Of a stretch of DNA of 64,000 bases, positions 26,960 through 35,709 are shown piece after piece. The notes below the pieces were generated by a model. It was not told the origin of the DNA, did not search any database, and saw only the letters and a list, made by a program, of their open reading frames with translations. The stretch lies in the NCBI RefSeq assembly GCF_013149785.1, contig NZ_JABEZU010000001.1:186001-250000 (forward strand), read 5' to 3'. The position numbers were made by a program, and so were the translations under genes. The stretch is from Isoptericola halotolerans (GTDB taxonomy: Bacteria; Actinomycetota; Actinomycetes; Actinomycetales; Cellulomonadaceae). The stretch's first letter is position 1. The number at the start of each line of letters is the position of its first letter.

Positions 26960-29077
26960 ATGGTGCGTGTCAGCGGGTGCACGGAGGCGACGAGCCTCCG
27001 CCGCTGGACGCTGCGCGCCGCCGGCGTCGCCCTGGGCACGGCCCTCACCGGGTTCCTCCTCGCGAGCGGCGCGGCCGCCGACGACGGCGAGGACCGTTCC
27101 GGGAGAGGGCTTCTGACCGGGGTGGTGAAGACCACCACCGAGAAGGTCACGGACCCGCTGCTGGACGGTGTCACCAAGACCGTCGAGAAGACCGTCGGGA
27201 CGGTGACGAAGCCTGTCTCCACGGCCGTGGAGAAGGCCACCGCGAAGCCCGAGGAGCCGGCAGTCGAAGAGCCTGCCTCGGAGCAGCCCGCAGCCGACGA
27301 GCCCGCACCCACCGAGCCGCCGGCCGAGAAGCCCGCGGCGAAGGCGTCCTCGACGGACGACCCGGCCCCGCGCGAGAACGAGGAGGGCTCCGGCGAGGAG
27401 GCCCGGCCCGCCGCTGCGGAGGAACCGGCTGCGGAGTCCGCGTCGGCGGACGCGCCGGGTCCCGAGAACCAGCAGGCGGACCCCGAGGAACCACAGTCCG
27501 AGCGACCCGCCGAGGCCGAGGCGCCGGAGGACGAGCCGACCGGGGAGCCCGAGAAGACCGACACGGTCGGCGGTTCCGCGGACGAGCCGGTCGAGGACGC
27601 TGCCGGGCAGGACTCCGAGGAAGCGGCCGACGAGGCTCGGGCCGACACGCAGCCCGACGAGGCTCCCGCACCGGACGTGGCGGCGTCCGAGTCCGAGGCC
27701 GGGGCCGCTGACGAGCCCATGGTGGACCCCGCCACCGGCGCGCCCGAGGAGGAGGCGGAGAGCGACGAGCGTCCGAGCGGCCCGGTGCTGGGTCTGCTGG
27801 ACACGGTGACCGGCGACGTCCTCCTCCCGGTCACCAGCTCCGTCGGTGGTGTGCTCGAGGCGGTCCTCAGTCCCGTGACCGGCCGGCCGGAGCGTGTCGA
27901 GGACGACCTGCCCGACGAGACGCCGCCGGACGGCCAGCCCGCCGACCCGGCCGAGATCCCCACCGAGAGCGTGACTGACGGCCCGGTCGAGGGTGTGCTC
28001 GACGGCGTGGTCCGACCGGTGACGGACGGGCTGCGACCCGTGACCGATGCCGCCGGGAACGTCGTCGGAAGCGTCACCGGCCCGGTGCTCGAACCGGTCG
28101 CGCCCGTGACAGAGGCTGTCGGGGACGTCCTGCGGCCCGTCACCGAGGCGCTGTCCCCGGTGCTCGCGCCCGTCGGCTCGCTGGTGGGCTCCGTGACCAC
28201 GACGCTCGCGCCGGTCGTCGACCCGGTCGCCGCCGTCGTCGAACCCGTCCTGGAGCCGGTCCGCGCGGTCACGGACCCCGTGGTCGGGAGCCTGACGCCC
28301 GTCGTCGACCTCGTCCAGCCCGTGCTGGACCCGGTCGTCCGCCCGGTCGTGGGCCTGGTCGAGCCCGTGCTGTCGCCGGTCACCGATGCCCTCGCTCCGG
28401 TGCTGTCGCCGGTCGTCGAGCTGGTCGACCCGGTCCTGCGCCCGGTGATCGACGTCGTCGACCCGGTGGTGGGCCCCGTGCTCGGACCCGTCGTGGACGA
28501 GCTCGTGCCGCCGTCGCTCGACCTGCCGATCGGTGGCACGGAGGACGTGCCGGGCACGATCCCGCCCGCTGCGCCGGCCCCGCCGGTTGCGATGCCGGTG
28601 GTCACGACCCCGGGCACCGCGACCCCGGGCTCCGCGAGCACCGGGACGCCGGACACGGCCGCCGCCCCCTCCGCGCCGACGACGGCAGCAGCGGCCGCGG
28701 ACGCGCGTCCCGAGAACGACGACGCGCCACCCGCGCGCGCCGCCGTCGCCAGCCCGCCGGTCACGGCCGCGGTCAGCGTCCCGAGCGCAGTCGCCGGCTC
28801 CGGGTCGGCCGAGCCCTCGGTCCTGGACCAGGGCGCCGATGTCTCGTCCGAGGTGGCTGTCTCCAGCACGAGCGGCCCGACCGGCGCCCCCGCTGCGCTC
28901 ACCGCCGTCGGCGGGTTCTCCTCCAGCTCCGCGCGTGGAGGTGCGAGCAGCGGTGACGTCGCCGCCCAGCTCGCCGCCGCGTCGCGCGCCGGCAGCAACC
29001 ACTGGCTGCTGCCGGCCCCCGAAGCGTGCGCACCGCTGCCGGTGCCCGACTTCGACATCCCTGTCTCTCCTGCCTGA
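26960..29077 (+). CDS. Secreted low-complexity protein (acidic linker, Pro/Val repeats, ordered-looking C-terminal tail)
   Basis: Signal peptide RRWTLRAAGVALGTALTGFLLASGAAA-DD; E/D/P-rich linker; VLxPVxxxV repeats; ends PLPVPDFDIPVSPA-stop; G/C-ending codons favour this frame. Confidence 0.75.
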   Translation: MVRVSGCTEATSLRRWTLRAAGVALGTALTGFLLASGAAADDGEDRSGRGLLTGVVKTTTEKVTDPLLDGVTKTVEKTVGTVTKPVSTAVEKATAKPEEPAVEEPASEQPAADEPAPTEPPAEKPAAKASSTDDPAPRENEEGSGEEARPAAAEEPAAESASADAPGPENQQADPEEPQSERPAEAEAPEDEPTGEPEKTDTVGGSADEPVEDAAGQDSEEAADEARADTQPDEAPAPDVAASESEAGAADEPMVDPATGAPEEEAESDERPSGPVLGLLDTVTGDVLLPVTSSVGGVLEAVLSPVTGRPERVEDDLPDETPPDGQPADPAEIPTESVTDGPVEGVLDGVVRPVTDGLRPVTDAAGNVVGSVTGPVLEPVAPVTEAVGDVLRPVTEALSPVLAPVGSLVGSVTTTLAPVVDPVAAVVEPVLEPVRAVTDPVVGSLTPVVDLVQPVLDPVVRPVVGLVEPVLSPVTDALAPVLSPVVELVDPVLRPVIDVVDPVVGPVLGPVVDELVPPSLDLPIGGTEDVPGTIPPAAPAPPVAMPVVTTPGTATPGSASTGTPDTAAAPSAPTTAAAAADARPENDDAPPARAAVASPPVTAAVSVPSAVAGSGSAEPSVLDQGADVSSEVAVSSTSGPTGAPAALTAVGGFSSSSARGGASSGDVAAQLAAASRAGSNHWLLPAPEACAPLPVPDFDIPVSPA

Positions 29078-29160
29078 CGTGGCCGCGTCGCGCCTCTGAG
29101 CGCGTCACGCCGCGGGTGGCCTCTGCCATCTGCTCCCACGTCATGGCAGGAGAACTCATG
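29066..29160 (+). promoter_or_regulatory. Predicted RNA structure pairing the upstream stop-codon region with the downstream Shine-Dalgarno
   Basis: TCTCCTGCC-TGACGTGG (29066-29082) is complementary to CCACGTCA-t-GGCAGGAGA (29136-29153); ATG at 29158. Confidence 0.7.
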
Positions 29161-29259
29161 CGTACGAACGTGCGACGAGCACTGCGCCCAGCCCTCGTCA
29201 CGGGCGCCCCGCGAGTGACCTCACCGCGCCGCACCACGGCTGACCCGATCTACCGCTGA
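29158..29259 (+). pseudogene. Short ORF, probable remnant of a secreted-protein gene
   Basis: SD AGGAGA plus ATG. MRTNVRRALRPALVTG resembles a signal-peptide n-region, but hydrophobicity is then lost and it stops at 33 aa. Confidence 0.5.
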
Positions 29260-29497
29260 GGCGGTGCGGTCGTGGGGCGTCGCAGGGGGACGGCCCACGA
29301 CTGCGCTGCTCGCGGTCGGCAGGACCGGGAGCCCACGAGGCCGGGAGTCGGTGACGACTCCCGCCCCGTGCCCGGTCCGCTCGGGAGCGCGCGTCGACAC
29401 GAGGTACGGGCGGGGGCCCGTGCAGTGGGGATGCGCCCTTCCGAGGGAGAGCCCGCACCCGCGCGGTGCAGGGCTCCCACAGGTGGGTGCGGTCCGA

Positions 29498-29839
29498 TCA
29501 GACGAGGGCGCGCAGGTCGCCGGTGAGGTGGTCGATCGCGCCGGGAAGGAGGGCGTAGTAGGACCAGCGGCCTCGCTGGCTGCGGGTGAGCAGCCCGGCG
29601 TCGACGAGGATCTTCAGGTGGTGGCTGACGGTGGGCTGGCTGAGGCCCACGGGTGCGGTGAGGTCGCAGACGCAGGCCTCGCCGTCGGGGGAGGTCGCGA
29701 CCGTGGACAGCAGCATGACGCGGGTCGGGTCGCCCAGCGCCTTGAAGATCCGCGCGAGCCGCTGCGCCTCGGTGGCGTCGACGGCGGCACGCAGGGGCGT
29801 GCAGCACGTCTCGGTCGCGAGGGGCAGGGTGTCCGTCAT
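29498..29839 (-). CDS. arsR: ArsR/SmtB family As(III)-responsive repressor
   Basis: N-terminal CC pair, FKALGDPTR, EACVCDL, LSQPTVSHHLKIL. Confidence 0.9.
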   Translation of the reverse strand: MTDTLPLATETCCTPLRAAVDATEAQRLARIFKALGDPTRVMLLSTVATSPDGEACVCDLTAPVGLSQPTVSHHLKILVDAGLLTRSQRGRWSYYALLPGAIDHLTGDLRALV

Positions 29840-29856
29840 CCCTCCATCTTGCCACG

Positions 29857-29906
29857 CATCGAAGTTTGTGGATACGTTGGCACCGACACATTGAAGTTCG
29901 TCGATG
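29857..29906. promoter_or_regulatory. Two ArsR-type operator boxes in divergent arsR/flavoprotein promoter
   Basis: CATCGA-AGTTTG-TGGATA (29857-29874) and CATTGA-AGTTCG-TCGATG (29889-29906). Confidence 0.65.
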
Positions 29907-29916
29907 AGGAGTGGGC

Positions 29917-31320
29917 ATGACGACGACGGAGCACCCGGTCGTGGTGATCGGCGCAGGTCCCGTGGGCCTGGCGGCGGCGGCACACCTGCTGGAGCGAGGG
30001 CTCGAACCTCTCGTCCTCGAGGCCGGCAGCGGCCCGGGAGCAGCCGTCGCCGACTGGGGCCACGTGCGGTTGTTCTCCCCGTGGCGCTACTGCATCGATG
30101 CTGCCGCCCGCCGTCTCCTCGAGGCGGACGGCACCTGGGGTGCCCCGGACCTCGACGCGCTGCCGACCGGGGCGGACCTCGTGCGTGACTACCTCGTGCC
30201 GCTGTCGGCGGCGCCGGCCCTGCGCGAGCGGGTCCGCTACGGCACCCGGGTCTCCGCCGTCGCCCGCGACGGTGCGGACCGCACCCGCTCCCTCGGGCGC
30301 GAGCGCCGCCCGTGGCTCGTGCGGGCCGAGTCCGGCGGCGAGACCCGTGACCTCCGCGCGGCCGCCGTCATCGACGCCTCGGGCACCTACGGCCAGCCGA
30401 ACCCGATGGGTGCCAGCGGCCTGCCCGCGATCGGTGAGGACGCGGCGGCGCCGTTCCTCGCCGGCCCCCTGCCCGACGTCCTGGGCCGTGACCGTGACCG
30501 GTTCGCGGGTCGCCGCACGCTCGTGGTCGGGATGGGCCACTCGGCCGCCAACACGCTGCTCGCCCTCACCCGTCTCGCCGAGGAGGAGCCTGGCACCGAG
30601 ATCGTCTGGGCCATCCGCGGAGGCTCGCCCCGTCGGCTCTTCGGTGGCGGTACCGACGACGAGCTGCCGGCCCGCGGCCTGCTGGGCACCCGCCTGCGGG
30701 ACGCGGTCGAGGCCGGTCGCCTCGAGCTGTGGACACGCGTCGGGATCGACCGCCTCGACGCGGTCGACGGCGGCGTGCGGGTCTCCGGGACCGGGCGGGC
30801 GCCCGGCGCGCGGGCCGAAGGGTCGTTCGACGCCGTCGTCGACGTCGTGTCGGCCGCCACCGGCTTCCGGCCGGACCTGGCCATGCTGCGCGAGGTGCGC
30901 CTCGACCTCGACGAGGTGGTGGAGGCCCCGGCGCGGCTGGCACCGCTCATCGACCCGAACCTGCACTCCTGCGGCACCGTCGAGCCGCACGGCGAGGGTG
31001 TCCTGGCGCACCCGGACGAGGGCTTCTACCTGGTCGGCATGAAGTCCTACGGCCGTGCCCCGACGTTCCTCCTCGCCACGGGCTACGAGCAGGTGCGGTC
31101 CGTGGCCGCCGCGCTGGCCGGCGACCGTGCGGCGGCCGACGCCGTCGAGCTGGAGCTGCCGGAGACCGGGGTGTGCTCGACCGACCTGGCCGACGAGGGC
31201 GGGGCCTGCTGCGGGGGACCCGCCGAGCCGCAGCTCGTCACCCTGGGGGTCGGCGCGCCGACGGGGGCGCCGGTCGGGTTCGCCACCGGCGTCCTGCACG
31301 GGCGCTCGGGGGACGACTGA
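29917..31320 (+). CDS. ars-associated FAD-dependent oxidoreductase (ArsO/flavin monooxygenase-like)
   Basis: VVIGAGPVGL, WGHVRLFSPW, GMGHSA, HSCGTV, GMKSYGRAPTFL, C-terminal C..CC; divergent from arsR. Confidence 0.85.
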   Translation: MTTTEHPVVVIGAGPVGLAAAAHLLERGLEPLVLEAGSGPGAAVADWGHVRLFSPWRYCIDAAARRLLEADGTWGAPDLDALPTGADLVRDYLVPLSAAPALRERVRYGTRVSAVARDGADRTRSLGRERRPWLVRAESGGETRDLRAAAVIDASGTYGQPNPMGASGLPAIGEDAAAPFLAGPLPDVLGRDRDRFAGRRTLVVGMGHSAANTLLALTRLAEEEPGTEIVWAIRGGSPRRLFGGGTDDELPARGLLGTRLRDAVEAGRLELWTRVGIDRLDAVDGGVRVSGTGRAPGARAEGSFDAVVDVVSAATGFRPDLAMLREVRLDLDEVVEAPARLAPLIDPNLHSCGTVEPHGEGVLAHPDEGFYLVGMKSYGRAPTFLLATGYEQVRSVAAALAGDRAAADAVELELPETGVCSTDLADEGGACCGGPAEPQLVTLGVGAPTGAPVGFATGVLHGRSGDD

Positions 31321-31376
31321 GGCCGACGCCGTCGGGCGCCCGTGCAGGGCTCGGGCAGCGGTGCCACGATGACGGC

Positions 31377-31703
31377 ATGGCACATCCGACCGGCTCCCGG
31401 TCCGTGCGGCGATGGACGACGGTGGCGCTCGGCGTCGCCGTCGTCCTCGTGCTGTCGGCCTGTGCGGCCGGGCCCAACCCGGGCCTCGACACGGCCCCCG
31501 CCGGCCTGTCGCAGCCGGCAGGATTCTGGCTCGGGCTCTGGCAGGGGATGATCCTGCCCGTCACCTTCGTGGTCTCGCTGTTCACCGACGCGGTCTCGGT
31601 GTACGAGGTGCGCAACAGCGGCAACTGGTACGACGTCGGCTACGTGCTCGGGATCTCCTTCGTCTTCGGAGGGCCGCTCGGCGCGAGCCGGGCTCGTCGC
31701 TGA
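31377..31703 (+). CDS. Small membrane lipoprotein, unknown function
   Basis: Lipobox LSAC; GFWLGLWQGMILP..YEVRNSGNWYDVGYVLG. Confidence 0.7.
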   Translation: MAHPTGSRSVRRWTTVALGVAVVLVLSACAAGPNPGLDTAPAGLSQPAGFWLGLWQGMILPVTFVVSLFTDAVSVYEVRNSGNWYDVGYVLGISFVFGGPLGASRARR

Positions 31704-31715
31704 CCCCCGCCCTTC

Positions 31716-31789
31716 GATAGATCGTGATCGATTGGTCATGCTGCCGCGGGGTCGCGTTCACCCGTCGTTCACATAGACCGCGTTCTATC
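31716..31789 (+). promoter_or_regulatory. pstS promoter: PHO box plus ArsR-type boxes
   Basis: PHO-type direct repeats GTTCACCCGTC-GTTCACATAGA (31756-31777). Inverted repeats GATAGA-N6-TCGATT (31716-31733) and CATAGA-N6-TCTATC (31772-31789). Confidence 0.7.
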
Positions 31790-31850
31790 GATCTCGTCCG
31801 ACAGGAAACCGGGCGGGTCGAGTCCCGCCCCAGCAGACGGGATCACTGAC

Positions 31851-32837
31851 GTGCTCAAGAACCACAAGCGTGCCGCCGCCATCATCGGCGCGGCCGGCCT
31901 GGCGCTCTCGCTCGCCGCCTGCGGCGGGTCCGACACACCTGGTGACGAGACCGAGAACGGCACCGGAGCCGACGAGAGCGGCGAGACGCTGTCCGGCTCG
32001 GTCGTCATCGACGGTTCCTCGACCGTGGCGCCCAACACCGAGGTGGCTGCCGAGCTGTTCGGCGAGGAGCACCCCGACGTGCGCGTGTCGGTCGGTGTCT
32101 CCGGCACCGGCGGCGGTTTCGAGAAGTTCTGCAACGGCGAGACCGACATCTCCGAGGCCTCCCGTCCGATCAAGGACGAGGAGGCCGCGACGTGCGAGGA
32201 GAACGGCATCTCCTACGCCCAGCTCGGCATCGCCAACGACGGCCTCGCCGTCGCGGTCAACCCGGAGAACGATTGGGCGCAGTGCCTGTCGATCGAGGAG
32301 ATCAGCTCGATGTGGCGGCCCGACGCCCCGGTCGACTCCTGGGCCGACGTGCGGGACGGGTTCCCCGACGAGCCTGTCACGCTGTTCGGTCCCGGCTCCG
32401 ACTCCGGCACGTTCGACTTCTTCACCGAGGAGGTCAACGGCGAGAGCGGTGCCATCCGTGCCGACTACAACGACATCGGTGAGGACGACTTCGGTGCCGT
32501 CCAGGGTGTCGCCGGCGCGACCGGCGCGACGGCCTTCATCCCCCTCTCCTTCGTCGAGGAGTCCGCCGACATGGTCCAGCCGGTCGAGATCGTCAACGAC
32601 GCCGGTGACTGCATCGCTCCGTCGCTCGATACCGTCATGGACGGGTCCTACAACCCGCTCGGCCGTCAGCTCTACGTCTACCCGAGCGACGCCGGCCTCG
32701 AGAAGCCCGAGGTCGTCGAGTTCGTGGAGTTCTACATCCTGAACCAGGCCCAGATCGCCGAGGAGGCGGGCTTCATCCCGCTGAACTCCGACCAGGAGCA
32801 GGTCGCGAACGACGCGCTGGCCGAGCTGGTCGGCTGA
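31851..32837 (+). CDS. pstS: Phosphate ABC transporter substrate-binding lipoprotein
   Basis: Lipobox [36 protein letters not shown]. Confidence 0.93.
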   Translation: MLKNHKRAAAIIGAAGLALSLAACGGSDTPGDETENGTGADESGETLSGSVVIDGSSTVAPNTEVAAELFGEEHPDVRVSVGVSGTGGGFEKFCNGETDISEASRPIKDEEAATCEENGISYAQLGIANDGLAVAVNPENDWAQCLSIEEISSMWRPDAPVDSWADVRDGFPDEPVTLFGPGSDSGTFDFFTEEVNGESGAIRADYNDIGEDDFGAVQGVAGATGATAFIPLSFVEESADMVQPVEIVNDAGDCIAPSLDTVMDGSYNPLGRQLYVYPSDAGLEKPEVVEFVEFYILNQAQIAEEAGFIPLNSDQEQVANDALAELVG

Positions 32838-32844
32838 CCCGGGT

Positions 32845-32875
32845 CCCCGGCCCGGCGCCGCACGCCGGGCCGGGG
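32845..32875 (+). other. Intercistronic hairpin after pstS
   Basis: CCCCGGCCCGGCG-CCGCA-CGCCGGGCCGGGG. Confidence 0.55.
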
Positions 32876-32924
32876 CGCCACCGCACCGCCCTTCGTCGAC
32901 CCGCAGCAGGAAGTGCAGGCGTCC

Positions 32925-33896
32925 ATGGCTCTCCTCACGGCCCCGACCGAGCCGTCCTCGGTCGGCCCTCCCCTCTCGCTCGAGCCCTCGAGCCGCCGCC
33001 TCGGTGAGAAGTTCATCGTGGCGCTCCTCTTCGGCGCCGCTGCCCTCGCCGTGCTCATCACGGTCGGCATCGTGCTGGCGATCGCCGGGCCGACGATCGA
33101 GTTCTTCCGCCAGGTCCCGTTCTCCCGCTTCTTCTCCACCGAGGCCTGGGCACCGAACTTCGTCCCCGACGGGTTCGGCGTGTACAACATCCTGGCGGGG
33201 ACCGCTGCCATCGTCCTGTACTCCTGCATGATCGCGCTGCCGGCAGGCCTGGGGGCCGCGATCTACCTCAACGAGTACGCCAGCCATCGGGCCCGCAGGA
33301 TCCTCAAGCCGGTGCTCGAGGTTCTCGAGGGCATCCCCACCGTCGTCTACGGACTGTTCGCTCTCGCCTTCGTCGCTCCGCTGCTGCAGGAGATCTGGCC
33401 CACGTTCGTGCCGGGCAAGCTCGGTGACCCTCCCGGTTTCCAGTTCGTGCTCTCCGCGGGCGTCGTGCTGGGGATCATGATCATCCCGACGGTCGCCTCG
33501 GTGTCCCAGGACGCCATGAGCGCCATCCCTCACGGCCTGCGCGAGGCCGCCTACGGCCTCGGCAGCACCAAGATGCAGGTCGCCACGAAGGTCGTCGTCC
33601 CCTCGGCGTTCTCCGGCATCGTCGCCTCGTTCGTCCTCGGGCTGTCCCGAGCGGTGGGGGAGACCATGGTCGTGCTCATGGCCGCCGGCGCGATCGCGAA
33701 CCTGACCCTGTGGCCGAACGATCCGGTGCTGACGATGACCGCCTTCATCGGCCGTACAGCCACCGGTGACGTCGGCTTTGGCACCACGACCTACTACACG
33801 CTGTTCGCCGTCGCGGCCCTGCTGTTCGTCATCACGCTCGTGGTCAACATGATCAGCATCGCCCTCGTGCGCAAGTTCCGAGAGGTCTACGAATGA
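32925..33896 (+). CDS. pstC: Phosphate ABC permease
   Basis: LEGIPTVVYGLF, LREAAYGLG, SRAVGETM. Confidence 0.93.
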   Translation: MALLTAPTEPSSVGPPLSLEPSSRRLGEKFIVALLFGAAALAVLITVGIVLAIAGPTIEFFRQVPFSRFFSTEAWAPNFVPDGFGVYNILAGTAAIVLYSCMIALPAGLGAAIYLNEYASHRARRILKPVLEVLEGIPTVVYGLFALAFVAPLLQEIWPTFVPGKLGDPPGFQFVLSAGVVLGIMIIPTVASVSQDAMSAIPHGLREAAYGLGSTKMQVATKVVVPSAFSGIVASFVLGLSRAVGETMVVLMAAGAIANLTLWPNDPVLTMTAFIGRTATGDVGFGTTTYYTLFAVAALLFVITLVVNMISIALVRKFREVYE

Positions 33897-34813
33897 GACA
33901 GTCAGGTCGTACGCGGGTCGCGGTCGACGCGGCGCGAGCCAGCGCGTCGACGCTCGAGCGCCGCGGGATCGACGTCAAGGGCGAGCTCTTCCGGGCCGTG
34001 CTTCTCTTCTGCGTCGTCATCGGCGTCGTCATGCTCGCCACCCTGCTGATCTACGTGACCATCGCCGGCTGGCCCCGCCTCGACGTGAACCTGTTCACGC
34101 AGATGCCCTCGACGCGGGACCCGCAGACCTCGGGGTTCCTCCCGGCGATCGTCGGCACGATCTACGTCATGTTCGGCGTGCTGATCACCACCGTGCCGAT
34201 CGGGGTCAGCGCGGCGATCTACCTCGAGGAGTACGCCGACGCGAGCAAGTGGTACAACCGCTTCATCGAGACCAACATCCAGAATCTCGCCGCCGTGCCT
34301 TCCATCGTCTTCGGCATCCTGGGCCTGGCGTTCATCGTCCGGGGACCGTGGGGTCTGGGGTTCGTGGCGTTCGCCGGCTCGCTGACCCTCATGATGATGG
34401 TGCTTCCCACGGTGATCATCGCCTCTCGGGAGGCCATCCGCGGGGTACCGAGCACGCTGCGCCAGGCCTCGCTCGGCCTGGGCGCGACCCGGTGGCAGAC
34501 GGTCTCGCGGCAGGTGCTCCCGGTCGCCTTCCCCGGCGTCCTCACCGGCACGATCCTCGCGATGTCCCGGGCGATCGGGGAGACGGCCCCGCTGCTCCTC
34601 GTCGGGGCGACCACGTTCGTGCGGTTCCTGCCCGAGGGGCTGTTCGAGGGCGCGTACTCCGTGATGACCGTGCAGATCTTCCAGTGGGCGATGCGTCCCC
34701 AGGAAGAGTTCCGCACGCTGGCCGCGGCCGGTTCGATCGTGCTCGTCGCGCTGCTGCTGCTCATGAACTCCGTCGCGATCTGGCTGCGCAACAAGTACAG
34801 CCGCGAGTACTGA
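33893..34813 (+). CDS. pstA: Phosphate ABC permease
   Basis: NLAAVPSIVFG, LGATRWQT, SRAIGETAPL. Confidence 0.93.
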   Translation: MRQSGRTRVAVDAARASASTLERRGIDVKGELFRAVLLFCVVIGVVMLATLLIYVTIAGWPRLDVNLFTQMPSTRDPQTSGFLPAIVGTIYVMFGVLITTVPIGVSAAIYLEEYADASKWYNRFIETNIQNLAAVPSIVFGILGLAFIVRGPWGLGFVAFAGSLTLMMMVLPTVIIASREAIRGVPSTLRQASLGLGATRWQTVSRQVLPVAFPGVLTGTILAMSRAIGETAPLLLVGATTFVRFLPEGLFEGAYSVMTVQIFQWAMRPQEEFRTLAAAGSIVLVALLLLMNSVAIWLRNKYSREY

Positions 34814-34816
34814 CCC

Positions 34817-35704
34817 ATGAACGCCCGGAAGAAGGACTCAGAGATGACCGACCAGGCAACCCGCGCCGCCGGCCCGGTGCCCAGCCCACAGCGTGCCGTG
34901 CGGGACGTCCCCGACGTCCCGAAGGAGCCGGTGTTCACCACCCAGGACCTCAACATCCACTACGGCGACTTCCACGCCGTGACCGATGTGTCCATGGAGT
35001 TCGGCAAGAACGAGATCACCGCCCTGATCGGCCCCTCCGGCTGCGGCAAGTCGACGGTGCTGCGGTGCCTCAACCGCATGAACGACCTGATCCCGACGGC
35101 GCGGGTGTCCGGCGAGGTCCGGTACCACGGCATCGAGCTGTACGGGCCGAAGATCGACCCGATCGAGGTGCGTCGCCGGATCGGCATGGTGTTCCAGAAG
35201 GCGAACCCGTTCCCCAAGTCCATCTACGACAACATCGCCTACGGGCCCCGCGTGACGGGGATGAAGGTCGACAGCATGGACGACCTCGTCGAGCAGACGC
35301 TGCGGCGCGCTGCGTTGTGGGACGAGGTCAAGGACAAGCTGAAGCAGAACGCCTACGGGCTCTCGGGCGGCCAGCAGCAGCGCCTGTGCATCGCCCGCGC
35401 CATCGCGACGAACCCCGATGTCGTCCTCATGGACGAGCCGTGCTCGGCGCTGGACCCGATCGCCACCCTGCGGATCGAGGAGCTCATGGCCGAGCTGCGG
35501 GAGAGCTACACGATCATCATCGTGACCCACAACATGCAGCAGGCGGCCCGGGTCTCCGACCGGACCGCGTTCTTCACGGTGAAGGTCAACGAGACGACCG
35601 GGGACAGGACCGGCGGTCTCGTCGAGTTCGACAGGACCACGACGATCTTCGAGAACCCGTCGGACCAGCGGACGGAAGGCTACATCTCCGGGCGGTTCGG
35701 GTGA
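34817..35704 (+). CDS. pstB: Phosphate ABC ATP-binding protein
   Basis: [36 protein letters not shown]. Confidence 0.95.
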   Translation: MNARKKDSEMTDQATRAAGPVPSPQRAVRDVPDVPKEPVFTTQDLNIHYGDFHAVTDVSMEFGKNEITALIGPSGCGKSTVLRCLNRMNDLIPTARVSGEVRYHGIELYGPKIDPIEVRRRIGMVFQKANPFPKSIYDNIAYGPRVTGMKVDSMDDLVEQTLRRAALWDEVKDKLKQNAYGLSGGQQQRLCIARAIATNPDVVLMDEPCSALDPIATLRIEELMAELRESYTIIIVTHNMQQAARVSDRTAFFTVKVNETTGDRTGGLVEFDRTTTIFENPSDQRTEGYISGRFG

Positions 35705-35709
35705 CCACC

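Noticed and set aside
26903..29139. Two long minus-strand ORFs (699 and 738 aa)
   Set aside because: Antisense shadows of the plus-strand repeat protein, which has the signal peptide and the G/C-ending codons.
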